Of a DNA stretch of 64,000 nucleotides, positions 32,021-41,705 are shown in pieces. Position numbers and translations under genes: made by a program. The notes below the pieces were generated by a model. That model was not told the DNA's origin, made no database searches, and worked only from the letters and a program-made list of their open reading frames with translations. The stretch is from Candidatus Rokuibacteriota bacterium (GTDB taxonomy: Bacteria > Methylomirabilota > Methylomirabilia > Rokubacteriales > DASRDR01). The stretch spans positions 1 to 64,000 of the forward strand of contig JBIOTN010000067.1 in the NCBI GenBank assembly GCA_044866005.1, written 5' to 3'. Position 1 is the stretch's first letter. Each line of letters begins with the position of its first letter.

Positions 32021-34435
32021 ATGGCCCTGGCCAAGCTCCAGCTCAAGATTGGCGGGATGGCGTGCTCCTTCTGTGTCGAGACCATCAAGAAAGGCCTCGG
32101 CCGGATCGATGGGGTGGCCGAGGTCGACGTCAGCCTCGCCCACGAGGAGGCGCTGATCGCCTACGACCCCGCCCGGGTGCCGCCGACGCTCGTCCGCGAT
32201 ACGCTCCGCAGCCTCGGCTACACGGTTCGGGACCCCACCAAGGTCCGCACGTTCGAGGACGAAGAGGCCGAGCTGGCCCGTGAGCGGGACCGCCTCATCC
32301 TGGCGGGGGCGGCTGCATGGTCGGCGTTCATGGCCATGCTGCTCATGTGGGTGGGCCGGCACCACCCCGCGGTCCACTGGTTCATGGCCGCGCTCGGCGC
32401 GGGGATGGTCTTCGGGCCCGGCCTCTACATCCTGAAGATGGCGTGGGCCTCCGCTCGCCGGCGGATCCTCAACCAGCACGTCCTTATGGAGGTCTCGGCG
32501 TTCGGCGGCCTCGCCGGCGGGATCATGGGGCTCGTGAAGCCGGTGTTCCCGAGCTACGAGTTCTTCGGCGTCGCCGTCTTCGTCACGGCCTACCACATTC
32601 TCGGTGGTTACACCTCGCTGCTCGTTCGGACACGCGCCTCCCAGGCGGTGAAGAAGCTGCTCTCGCTCCAACCGCTGACCGCGCGGGTCGTGCGCGACGG
32701 CGCGGAGGTCGATGTCCCCATGGCCGAGGTCCGGAAGGGCGACCTCGTGCGGGTGCGGCCGGGCGAGCAGGTGCCAGTCGACGGGACCGTTGTGGAAGGC
32801 GCCTCGGCCGTGAACGAGAGCCTGGTCACTGGCGAGCCCCTGCCGCGCGAGAAGCTACCCGGCCAGGAGGTGATCGGCGGCTCGCTCAACACGTCGGGGA
32901 CGCTGCTCGTCCGCGTCACCCGGGTCGGCGAGGAGAGCTTCCTCGAGCAGGTGGCGCGCCACATTCAGGAGGCGCGCGCGCTGAAGCCGGGCATCCTGCT
33001 GCTGCTGGACCGGATCCTGAGGTATTTCGTCCCCGGCGTGCTCGCCGTCGGCCTGGCGGCGTTCGGCTTCTGGTCGCTCGGCGCCTGGACGCTCTGGGGC
33101 GCGCCCGACTGGGACCGTGCCGCGTTCGCGGCGCTGGCGGTGTTCGTGATGGGCTATCCCTGCGCGCTCGGGATGGCCATGCCCCTGGCGATGATCCGCG
33201 GGGGCGGCGAAGCCGCCCGCCAGGGGATCCTCATGCGGAGCGCGGCGTCGTTCCAGGCCTTCAAGGACGTCTCGGTCGTCGTGCTCGACAAGACGGGAAC
33301 CATCACGCATGGCCAGCCTCGCGTCGTGGACATCGTCCCGGCCGGCGGTTGGGAGCCGGACGGCGTACTCCGGCTGGCCGCGGCCGCCGAGCAGCCCTCC
33401 GAGCACCCGCTCGGCCAGGCGGTGGTGAAGGCCGCGGAGGCGCGCGGTCTCCAGGTTCCTCAGGCGGCGGACTTCCAGGCGGTGGCCGGCCACGGTGTCC
33501 GGGCCACGACCGACGGCAAGCGGCTCCTCCTCGGGACGCTCCGCTTTCTCGCCGAAGCCGGCGTCCGGACGGACGGACTTGCTGCCGCCGCCGAGGCCCA
33601 GGAGGCCGGAGCCCGGACCGTGATCGCCCTGGCCGCCGACGGCCACCTCGCCGGCCTCATCGCCCTGGCAGATACCGTCAAGCCGGACGCGGCCGAGGCA
33701 GTCGCCCGCTTCCGCGCGGCCGCGATCGAGCCGGTGATGATCACCGGCGACAACCCGCGGACCGCCCGAGCGGTGGCCGAGCAGGTCGGGATCCGGCAAG
33801 TGCTCGCCCAGGTGCTGCCGCAGGACAAGGCGGCCCGGGTTCGGGAGCTCCAGCGCCAGGGCAAGCGGGTGGCCATGGTCGGGGACGGCATCAACGACGC
33901 TCCGGCGCTCATGCAGGCCGACGTCGGGCTCGCGATCGGCGCCGGCACTGACATCGCCATCGAGTCGGCCGACGTGGTGCTGGTCGGCGAGCGGCTGACC
34001 GCGGCGGTCGATGCCTACCACGTCGCGCGCCGGACGTACCGGAAGACGGTCCAGAACCTGACCCTCGCCTTCTCCTTCAACGGGGTCGGCGTCCCGCTGG
34101 CGACTACCGGGCTGTTGGCCCCGGTCTGGGCGATGGCCGCCATGGCGGCGAGCGTGACGGTGGTCCTGCTCAACTCCTTCCTCGGCCGCCTCGTGCCGCA
34201 GTGGCGGAGGCGGCAGCCGGAGGTGCAGCAGTTCGCCTTGACGGTCCCGAGCATCCACTGCGACGGCTGCGTGACGATGATTCGCGAGGAGCTGGTCAAG
34301 CTGCCGATGGTCGTGTCCGTGGACGGCGACCCGGTGTCGAAGCAGGTCGTCGTCACGACGCGCGACGGTCAGGGGCAGCTCGCCGCGGTCGAGGAGGCGA
34401 TCGCGCGCCTCGGCCACGTGGTGGGGGAACGCTGA
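32021..34435 (+). CDS. Heavy-metal P1B ATPase with N- and C-terminal HMA domains and YPC motif
   Basis: GMACSFC, TGE, GYPCALG, DKTGT, SEHP, GDGIND, C-terminal IHCDGC. Confidence 0.92.
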   Translation: MALAKLQLKIGGMACSFCVETIKKGLGRIDGVAEVDVSLAHEEALIAYDPARVPPTLVRDTLRSLGYTVRDPTKVRTFEDEEAELARERDRLILAGAAAWSAFMAMLLMWVGRHHPAVHWFMAALGAGMVFGPGLYILKMAWASARRRILNQHVLMEVSAFGGLAGGIMGLVKPVFPSYEFFGVAVFVTAYHILGGYTSLLVRTRASQAVKKLLSLQPLTARVVRDGAEVDVPMAEVRKGDLVRVRPGEQVPVDGTVVEGASAVNESLVTGEPLPREKLPGQEVIGGSLNTSGTLLVRVTRVGEESFLEQVARHIQEARALKPGILLLLDRILRYFVPGVLAVGLAAFGFWSLGAWTLWGAPDWDRAAFAALAVFVMGYPCALGMAMPLAMIRGGGEAARQGILMRSAASFQAFKDVSVVVLDKTGTITHGQPRVVDIVPAGGWEPDGVLRLAAAAEQPSEHPLGQAVVKAAEARGLQVPQAADFQAVAGHGVRATTDGKRLLLGTLRFLAEAGVRTDGLAAAAEAQEAGARTVIALAADGHLAGLIALADTVKPDAAEAVARFRAAAIEPVMITGDNPRTARAVAEQVGIRQVLAQVLPQDKAARVRELQRQGKRVAMVGDGINDAPALMQADVGLAIGAGTDIAIESADVVLVGERLTAAVDAYHVARRTYRKTVQNLTLAFSFNGVGVPLATTGLLAPVWAMAAMAASVTVVLLNSFLGRLVPQWRRRQPEVQQFALTVPSIHCDGCVTMIREELVKLPMVVSVDGDPVSKQVVVTTRDGQGQLAAVEEAIARLGHVVGER

Positions 34436-34436
34436 G

Positions 34437-34943
34437 ATGCGGAAATGGGTATGGGTCGCGGTCCTCGCCGCGGCGCTCGTGACCGGGTACGCCGTCGGGT
34501 ACTTCTTCAACCCCGCCGGCGTCCCGCCGGTCAAGGGCTACCTGGACGGGCGCGAGGTCAAGTTCCTCCACACCGAGGCCTCGGACCCGAAGGTGGCCGC
34601 GCTCCTGACGGAGATGATGCGCTCGCCCGTCCTGGTCGTCCCGGCGCTCGCCCGGGCCCCCGAGGCCATGGTGGCGCCCGTCTACGTGTTCACGAACGGC
34701 GTGAGGAAGGGGGAGGGGCCGTTCAGGTATCAGTCCGACGTCTTCGAGCGGCCGCCGGGCCAGGATGGCTACAGCCCGCTGCGCGCGGTCCACCTCGTGA
34801 AGTGGAAGAACGAGGGCGCCGCCCGTGAGCTCCGATCGGCCGGGGAAGTGAAAGAGGCGGAGGCGAAGGGCGAGCTGACGATCGAGCGGCCGGGCGTCGT
34901 CGTCAACATGCCGTTCCTCACGTGGCCCGGCGGACGGCGGTGA
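34437..34943 (+). CDS. Membrane-anchored hypothetical protein
   Basis: N-terminal TM segment; HTEASD, YVFTNG, GYSPL, VVNMP; tightly packed in the operon. Confidence 0.7.
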   Translation: MRKWVWVAVLAAALVTGYAVGYFFNPAGVPPVKGYLDGREVKFLHTEASDPKVAALLTEMMRSPVLVVPALARAPEAMVAPVYVFTNGVRKGEGPFRYQSDVFERPPGQDGYSPLRAVHLVKWKNEGAARELRSAGEVKEAEAKGELTIERPGVVVNMPFLTWPGGRR

Positions 34944-34983
34944 CGATCAGGGGCGTGAACCGAAAGGAGCTTCACGGAGAGAG

Positions 34984-35190
34984 ATGACCACGGTGCGGTT
35001 GAGGGTCCCTACGATCAAGTGCGAAGGATGCGTCGAGAGGATCAGGAGCACGCTCGTCACGAGGGCGGGAGTCCACCGGGTCGAAGGCGACCCGGAGCGG
35101 AAGGAGCTCAGCGTGACGTTCAACCCTGAGCAGTTGAGCGATCAAGACATCCGAGCCGCGGTGTGGAATGCCGGGTTCATGGTCGGCTGA
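34984..35190 (+). CDS. CopZ-like HMA metallochaperone
   Basis: 68 aa, IKCEGC, NAGF. Confidence 0.88.
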   Translation: MTTVRLRVPTIKCEGCVERIRSTLVTRAGVHRVEGDPERKELSVTFNPEQLSDQDIRAAVWNAGFMVG

Positions 35191-35244
35191 GGCGCTGTCA
35201 CAGCTCATGACGGGCTCAACCGGACGCACGGAGACGGCCGTGGA

Positions 35245-36444
35245 ATGCCGATGGGCGCGATCCAGCGGGGCGTGAGGAATCCGTTCCGAAACGTGGCCAG
35301 GACCCTGGTCGCCGTCTGCCTCCTGGCCCTGGTCCTGGGACTCCTCGCGCTCATGGTCCAGGCGGCGCGGCTCAGCCGCGAGCAGCTCGGGAGGCTGGAG
35401 GCCCGGGTCCGGACGCTGATCGAGCTGCGGGAGGCGGGCGCGTTCGGCACCGGCGGCTTTGGCGGCGACAAGCCGGTGGGTGAGGCGGACTTCTCCGTCG
35501 ACACGCTGGACAAGGTCAGGCAGATCCCCCACGCCCGCCACATCGTCCGGATCGAGGAGTACATCTACACCCCTCACATCGATCCGAGCCGGGGCAACGC
35601 CTACGCCATGATCATCGGCCTCCCTCCCGGAGCGGCGATGCGCGCGATCGGGGAGGTCGATTACGAAAACGCCCGGCTCATCGCGGGGCGGCCGCTCGGG
35701 CCGGACGACACCGAGGCCCCGGTGGCCGTGGTCGGCAAGCTCTACGCGAAGGAGCGGCTGGCTCTGCCGACTCCGACCGAGGCCGCCCTGGCCGGCCGGG
35801 CGCTCGTCCTGAACGGCCGGCCGTTCCGGATCGCCGGCGTCTACACCACGGACAACGACTTCGGCGACAACCACGTCTTCGTCCCGCTCGAGGCGTTCCG
35901 GGCGACGTTTCGTCCCGGGAGAAAGCTCGGGAAGATCTTCGTCTCCGTAGACTCGGTGGCGAACGTCGATGCCGTCGTCCAGGACCTCAAGCGCATCCCG
36001 GAGACGGACGTGGTCACGACGCCCGAGGCCGTCTCGACCGCGCGCAGGACGCTCAGCGCGATGGCGGCGACGAGCGGGGTGGGCTCCATCGTGCTCTTCG
36101 CGGTCGGCGGTGTCCTGGTCGCCTTCGTCATGGTGCTCGTGACCAAGGAGCGGGTCCGAGAGATCGGGACCCTGAAGGCGATCGGCGCCGGCGACAGCGA
36201 GGTCCTCGGCCAGTTCCTGGCCGAGGTCTTTGCCCTCACGCTGATGGGAGCTCTCCTGGCCGTCCCGCTCGCCTACCTGGGCACGCCCGTGCTCCGCCAC
36301 GCCCTCGGCGTGACCCTCGAGGTCGACCGGACGGTCTTTCTCCTCATCCTGGCGGGCGGCTTGCTGTTCGGGGCGCTGGGCAGCCTGTACCCGATCGTGA
36401 AGGGCCTCCGACTGAGCCCGGTCGAGGCCACGACGAAGGCCTGA
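35245..36444 (+). CDS. MacB/FtsX-like ABC permease 1
   Basis: N-terminal TM, large periplasmic domain, ERVREIGTLKAIG, three C-terminal TMs. Confidence 0.88.
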   Translation: MPMGAIQRGVRNPFRNVARTLVAVCLLALVLGLLALMVQAARLSREQLGRLEARVRTLIELREAGAFGTGGFGGDKPVGEADFSVDTLDKVRQIPHARHIVRIEEYIYTPHIDPSRGNAYAMIIGLPPGAAMRAIGEVDYENARLIAGRPLGPDDTEAPVAVVGKLYAKERLALPTPTEAALAGRALVLNGRPFRIAGVYTTDNDFGDNHVFVPLEAFRATFRPGRKLGKIFVSVDSVANVDAVVQDLKRIPETDVVTTPEAVSTARRTLSAMAATSGVGSIVLFAVGGVLVAFVMVLVTKERVREIGTLKAIGAGDSEVLGQFLAEVFALTLMGALLAVPLAYLGTPVLRHALGVTLEVDRTVFLLILAGGLLFGALGSLYPIVKGLRLSPVEATTKA

Positions 36445-36455
36445 GGATACCCGGC

Positions 36456-37713
36456 ATGCGCATGGTCGTCCTCGGCGTCCGCAACCTCGGCCGGAACAAG
36501 CTCCGGCTGGCCCTCGGCGCCGGGCTGATCGGCGTGCCCGTCTTCCTGCTGCTCGTGTTCCAGGCGATGGGGGCGGCCGTGCGGGCGCAGACGGAGCTGC
36601 TCAAGCAGGGCGTCGACACGCACCTCCAGCTCCGGGCGAAAGGCTCGATGGGCCACGTGAACATGGTGGGCAGCTCCCGGCTGCTGCCCGGAGAGGCCCT
36701 CCAAAGGGCGCGCGGGATCGAGCGCGTGGCGAAGGTCGAGCCGTACCTGCTCGCCATGAATCCGACCGAGGGCCACAACTTCGCGATGCACGTCGGCCTG
36801 CAGGTCGGGGACGCCAAGCGGCTGGAGTCCCATGGGGAAGCCGGGAATCCCCGGATCGTTGCCGGGCGCGACCTGACGGCGGCCGACGCCGGCCGGGATG
36901 TCGCCCTGATCGGCCAGGGCTATGCCCGGTGGGCGGGCCTCACACCGGACCGGCTCCCCGCGCCGTTCGTGGTCGACCCCGCCCGGTCGAACCCCGTGAT
37001 CTTCCGCCTCGACCGGCCACGCCACGAGCTGACGGTCGTGGGCATCTACGCGAGCGGCTATGTCTTCGGGGATCTGCAGCTCTTCATGCCGATCGAGACC
37101 TTCCGCCGCATCTACGGCGCGGACCAGGGCTTCTCCTGGCTGTTCGTCACGGTCGAGTCGGTCGACCACGTGGCGGCCGTGGAACGGCGACTCCGCGAGG
37201 CGCTGGGGGGCGTGGCCGACATCATCGCGCCCACGGCAGCGGCCGCCTTCGCCAGCACGGCCACGCACGCCGTGGAGCGGGTGACTGGCGCGGTGACGCT
37301 GTTCGCGGCCGCGCTGATGGTCGTGGTCGTCTTCTTCGTCATGCTGGTGATCGTCCGCGAGCGCGCTCGCGAGATCGGGACGCTGAAAGCGATCGGCGCC
37401 TCCGACGGGGACCTCGTCCTCGAGTTCCTGTCCGAGGCCGTCGCGCTCACCGCGACGGGCGGTCTCCTCGGGCTCCTGCTCTTTCAGGCGCTCGGCGGGG
37501 TCCTGGCTGGGCGGCTGTTCGCCCTCGGTGTCGCCCCGTTCCTGCCGGCCCCGTACAGGGAGACGCTCTTCGACGCGCTGGGCGGCGTCGGCGCCGCCAT
37601 GACCCCCGCCACCGTCGGCCTCGTCGGGCTGATCGCCCTCGTCGTCGCGTCGGTGGGCAGCGGCTACGGCGTCTGGCAGGTCACGCGGCTCTCCCCCGTA
37701 GAGGCGATGCGCC

Positions 37714-37721
<8 letters not shown>
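36456..37721 (+). CDS. MacB/FtsX-like ABC permease 2
   Basis: RNKLR, ERAREIGTLKAIG, SPVEAMRHE. Confidence 0.88.
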
Positions 37722-38391
<670 letters not shown>

Positions 38392-38408
38392 CGATTGGGG
38401 GGCTTCCC

Positions 38409-39092
38409 GTGCTGAGAGGCCGAGCCTGCAGGCTCCTGCTCATCGCGGCCGTGGTCCTCGCGGGCCCGGCGCCCGGCGGGGGCCAGCCCATGCCGGCGTC
38501 CACCGCGCCCACGGAGGCGGTCATTTCCGTTCGGGCCGCGGCCGGCGGGACCCTGCCGCAAGTGACCCGCGACCGGATCCGCGCCGTGCCGAACATCACG
38601 GCCATCGAGCCGTTCCTCGAAGGCAAGACGGCCGACGGGGTGAGGGTGATCGGGGTGGAACCCGCGCCGGCCCTCCACCTCCGGTCGGGCACCGGCATAC
38701 GGCCCATCGGCATCGTCCAGGGCCGCGGCATCGAGGCCGGCGACGCGCCGGAGGCGATCGTCGTCGGGAGGACGTTTTCGCAGAAGAACAAGACGGCGCT
38801 GGGGCTGAGCATCCCGGCCATGCTGACGAAGGATCATTTTCCCCCGCTCCTCGTCGGCGGCCAGGGCTTCGCGATCATCGGGATCTACACGACCGGCGAC
38901 GCCGCGACCGACGACCAGGTGCTCGTGCTGCTGCCGACCGCCCAGAAGCTCCTCAACCAACCCGGCCGGCTGAGCGGGCTCTATGTCACGGTCACGCCGG
39001 CGTCGCCCCGCACGGTCGAAGACGTCGCCGGCAGGCTGCGCCGCGCGCTCGGGGGCTCCGCCGAGGTGGTGGCGCTGCCGGGCCCGCGCTGA
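38409..39092 (+). CDS. Secreted stand-alone MacB-like periplasmic-core protein
   Basis: Signal peptide, VQGR, IVVG, FAIIGIY, LPTAQKL; no C-terminal TMs. Confidence 0.6.
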   Translation: MLRGRACRLLLIAAVVLAGPAPGGGQPMPASTAPTEAVISVRAAAGGTLPQVTRDRIRAVPNITAIEPFLEGKTADGVRVIGVEPAPALHLRSGTGIRPIGIVQGRGIEAGDAPEAIVVGRTFSQKNKTALGLSIPAMLTKDHFPPLLVGGQGFAIIGIYTTGDAATDDQVLVLLPTAQKLLNQPGRLSGLYVTVTPASPRTVEDVAGRLRRALGGSAEVVALPGPR

Positions 39093-39117
39093 GCGACGTC
39101 ATGCACGGGAGCACGTC

Positions 39118-39981
39118 GTGAGGGACTCTCGAGGCGCGGCTCGGGAGGGACGCGTCGTCGAGGACGCGGCCGCGACGAAACCGGGCGGCACCCTCTCGCC
39201 CCTTCGCGGTCTGTGGGTGCCGAGCCTCGCCCTTCTCGGGGTCGCGCTCGTCGGCTGGACGGCCTGGACCTACGGCGCCTTGAGGGGCCTCGAGTCCGCT
39301 GGCTTCGATGCGCCGTGGGCGCTCGCGGGCCTCGGATTCCTCGCCGGGGTCGGCGCCTTCTTCGCCCCGTGCGCGTTCGCGCTGTTCCCAGCCTATGTCT
39401 CGTACTACCTGAGCCTATCCGGCGAAGGCCGCACCGTCGGCCGGTCGCTCGGCCTGGGGCTCGCCTGCGCCGCGGGCAGTGCGCTGTTCTTCGGGCTGGT
39501 GGGGGGCGTGATTGCGCTGGCCGGCGGGGCGATCTCCACCTACTTGATCGCCGCGAAGCCCTTCGTGGCCCTCGGGGTTGTCGTGCTCGGTGCCGTGCAG
39601 CTTGCTGACGTCCGGATGCCGTCCCTGGCCCTGCCTTTTCCCCTGGACACCGGAGGCGCTCGCTCGGCGGGGGTCGCCGTGTTCCTCTACGGCTTCGGGT
39701 ACGCGCTCGCGTCCACCGGCTGCACCTTGCCGATCTACGTCTCGATCACCGTCCTGCCGCTCACGACCGGCTTCTCCGGGTCGGCTCTCTTGACCTTTAC
39801 GGCCTTCGCCGTCGCGATGGCGAGCTTGATGCTCGTCACCACCGTCTTGGTGGGGCTCGCCAAGCGGAGGATCCTGGCCGCGCTTCAAGGGTCCACGGTC
39901 TGGATCAAGCGCGCTAGCGGCATCGTGCTCATCGCCGCGGGCCTCTACCTCGGCTACTACTACGTGAGAGCCGGAATGTGA
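39118..39981 (+). CDS. CcdA/DsbD-type transmembrane thiol-disulfide electron transporter
   Basis: FAPCAF and STGCTLP Cys pair in a multi-TM protein; start uncertain. Confidence 0.82.
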   Translation: MRDSRGAAREGRVVEDAAATKPGGTLSPLRGLWVPSLALLGVALVGWTAWTYGALRGLESAGFDAPWALAGLGFLAGVGAFFAPCAFALFPAYVSYYLSLSGEGRTVGRSLGLGLACAAGSALFFGLVGGVIALAGGAISTYLIAAKPFVALGVVVLGAVQLADVRMPSLALPFPLDTGGARSAGVAVFLYGFGYALASTGCTLPIYVSITVLPLTTGFSGSALLTFTAFAVAMASLMLVTTVLVGLAKRRILAALQGSTVWIKRASGIVLIAAGLYLGYYYVRAGM

Positions 39982-40004
39982 GCCGCCTCACAGGGAGACG
40001 ACGC

Positions 40005-40313
40005 ATGCGACGTGTCGCCGGACTCATGGCGGTGCTGCTTCTGATGGCGTGGCTCACCGTGCCTGTCACCGCCTTCGCGGCGACCAAGGTCGCCGTGATC
40101 GAGGTCAAGGGGATGGTCTGTCAGGCCTGACCCTTCTCGGTCAAGACAGCCTTGGAGAGGCTGCCGGGGGTGAGCCGAGCTGACGTGAGCCTCGAGAAGG
40201 CGGAGGCTCGGGTCGAGTTCGACGACGCGAAGATCTCGGCCGACAAGCTGGCCGCGGCCGTCGACCGGCTGGGCTTCCGCGCTCGGGTGCTCGCCGTCGA
40301 GCCAGGGGGGTAG
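40005..40313 (+). CDS. Periplasmic MerP-like HMA protein, putative selenoprotein (GMVCQAU, U42)
   Basis: Not in the ORF track; signal peptide, then VKGMVCQA-TGA(40128)-PFSVKTALERLPGVSRADVSLEKAEARVEFDD, colinear with MerP GMTCAACPITVKKAL. Confidence 0.85.
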
Positions 40314-40314
40314 C

Positions 40315-40581
40315 GTGCCGGTCGAGATCGAGCTCTTGACCGCGCCCGGCTGAGGGAAATGCGAGGCCGCCAAGGCGTTGGCGCTCGACGTGATCGACTC
40401 GGTCCGAGCGGAGTGCCATGATGTGTGGCTCACGGTCGTCGACGTCACGGAGCAGCCTGCCGTGGCGGTGAAGTACCGCGTGACGGCGACGCCCGCCATC
40501 GCGATCGACGGAGTCCTCGCCTTCCGCGGCGTCCCCCCAGCCCACGTCCTCCGCGACCGAATCTTGCAGGCGAAGGCGTGA
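40315..40581 (+). CDS. Small thioredoxin/glutaredoxin-like protein, putative selenoprotein (UGKC, U13)
   Basis: MPVEIELLTAPG-TGA(40351)-GKC...ATPAIAIDG; starts 1 nt after the previous stop. Confidence 0.85.
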
Positions 40582-40635
40582 CTCGGTCTCGAAGAGCGGA
40601 GCCACAGCCCCCCTTTGGCTTGGCCACGATTTCAC

Positions 40636-40667
40636 TTGACTCTCCTCCCAGGAGGAGGGTTTAGCCT
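40636..40667 (+). promoter_or_regulatory. MerR-family promoter/operator
   Basis: TTGACT-20bp-TAGCCT with CTCCTCC-ca-GGAGGAG dyad. Confidence 0.8.
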
Positions 40668-40685
40668 CGGGTCAGGACGGGACAC

Positions 40686-41147
40686 ATGAGCGAGTTGAAG
40701 ATCGGGGCGCTGGCCCGGCTCGCGGGCTGCACGGTCAAGGCCATTCGATTCTACGAGGCGAACGGCCTCCTTTTCGCCGCTGCGCGCAGCCCGGCCCGGT
40801 ACCGGCTCTATACCGAGCGCGACCTCAGACAACTCCAATTCATCCAGCGTGCGAAGCTGATCGGGCTCCCGCTCACCAAGATCAAGAGTCTGGTCGTTCA
40901 CGTGAGCGAGGAGCAGTGCGGGTGTCCCACGATCCGGCCTCAGCTGGAGCAGCTGATCCGCGAGCAGCTCAAGGAAGTGGGGGACAAGCTCGACCAGCTG
41001 GCGCTCCTCAAGCACGAGCTGGAGGGCTTGCTGGCAAAGATGCGTGGCGCCGTGCGACCACTTCCCCAAGAGCTCTGCGTGTGCGGCGCACAGCATCACT
41101 CGGGGTTTGTCGGACTCGTGAAGCTCAAGCAAGGAGGACGGCGATGA
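40686..41147 (+). CDS. MerR-family regulator
   Basis: IGALA, AIRFYE, YRLY, QCGCP, LCVC. Confidence 0.9.
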   Translation: MSELKIGALARLAGCTVKAIRFYEANGLLFAAARSPARYRLYTERDLRQLQFIQRAKLIGLPLTKIKSLVVHVSEEQCGCPTIRPQLEQLIREQLKEVGDKLDQLALLKHELEGLLAKMRGAVRPLPQELCVCGAQHHSGFVGLVKLKQGGRR

Positions 41148-41479
41148 ACAAGAGTCGGAAGTCACCGGGCCTGCCGGTCCTGCCCGCCCCGCGCACCGAC
41201 TGCGGGGACGGCAGCTGCGGCTGTGGCTGCGGGATTCCGCTGGCCACGCCCAAGCCCACAAAGACCGGCAAGCAACGTACACGCCCGACCGGGGAAGGAG
41301 GAGCGAACATGGAGCCGGTGAGAATGTCGCTGTGCCATGAAGGTGCGGAGTGTCCGGAGGTGGTCGTCGAGCGAGACGAGGTTCGCATCGGCGAAGCCGG
41401 CAACCTGGCCGTGCTCAAGAAGGACGAGTGGAACATCCTCGTCGAGCTGATCCGATCGGGACAGCTGACGCAGCTGTAG
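41144..41479 (+). CDS. Small Cys-rich protein, with possible internal start at 41309
   Basis: ATGA overlap with merR; DCGDGSCGCGCG; in-frame ATG 41309 has AAGGAGGAG RBS and gives MEPVRMSLCHEGAECPEV. Confidence 0.65.
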   Translation: MNKSRKSPGLPVLPAPRTDCGDGSCGCGCGIPLATPKPTKTGKQRTRPTGEGGANMEPVRMSLCHEGAECPEVVVERDEVRIGEAGNLAVLKKDEWNILVELIRSGQLTQL

Positions 41480-41501
41480 AGTCGCGCGACGGAGAGCTCT
41501 C

Positions 41502-41645
41502 ATGGCACTGAAGAAGGGAGAGCGCTACCGCTGCCCGGATCCGAAGTGCGGCTGCGAGATCGAGGTCACCAAGGGCGCCGCGCCGGGCCAGGGCGGCGAT
41601 CTGAACCCGCGTTGCTGCTGCGGCAAGGAGATGCAGCGCGTGTGA
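41502..41645 (+). CDS. 47-aa desulforedoxin/zinc-ribbon-like Cys-rich protein
   Basis: MALKKGERYRCPDPKCGCEIEVTKG...PRCCCGKEMQRV; GGAGAG RBS; below the ORF track cutoff. Confidence 0.8.
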   Translation: MALKKGERYRCPDPKCGCEIEVTKGAAPGQGGDLNPRCCCGKEMQRV

Positions 41646-41705
41646 CGGGACGGGGTGCGGGACAATGGCCCCGCCCCCCGGTGCTCCGGGCAGAGGGACG
41701 CAGCA

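Noticed and set aside
35188..35245. CopZ stop TGA is in frame with the downstream permease, with no stop in between
   Set aside because: The TGA is at the natural end of the HMA domain, not in a Cys motif, so readthrough is unsupported.
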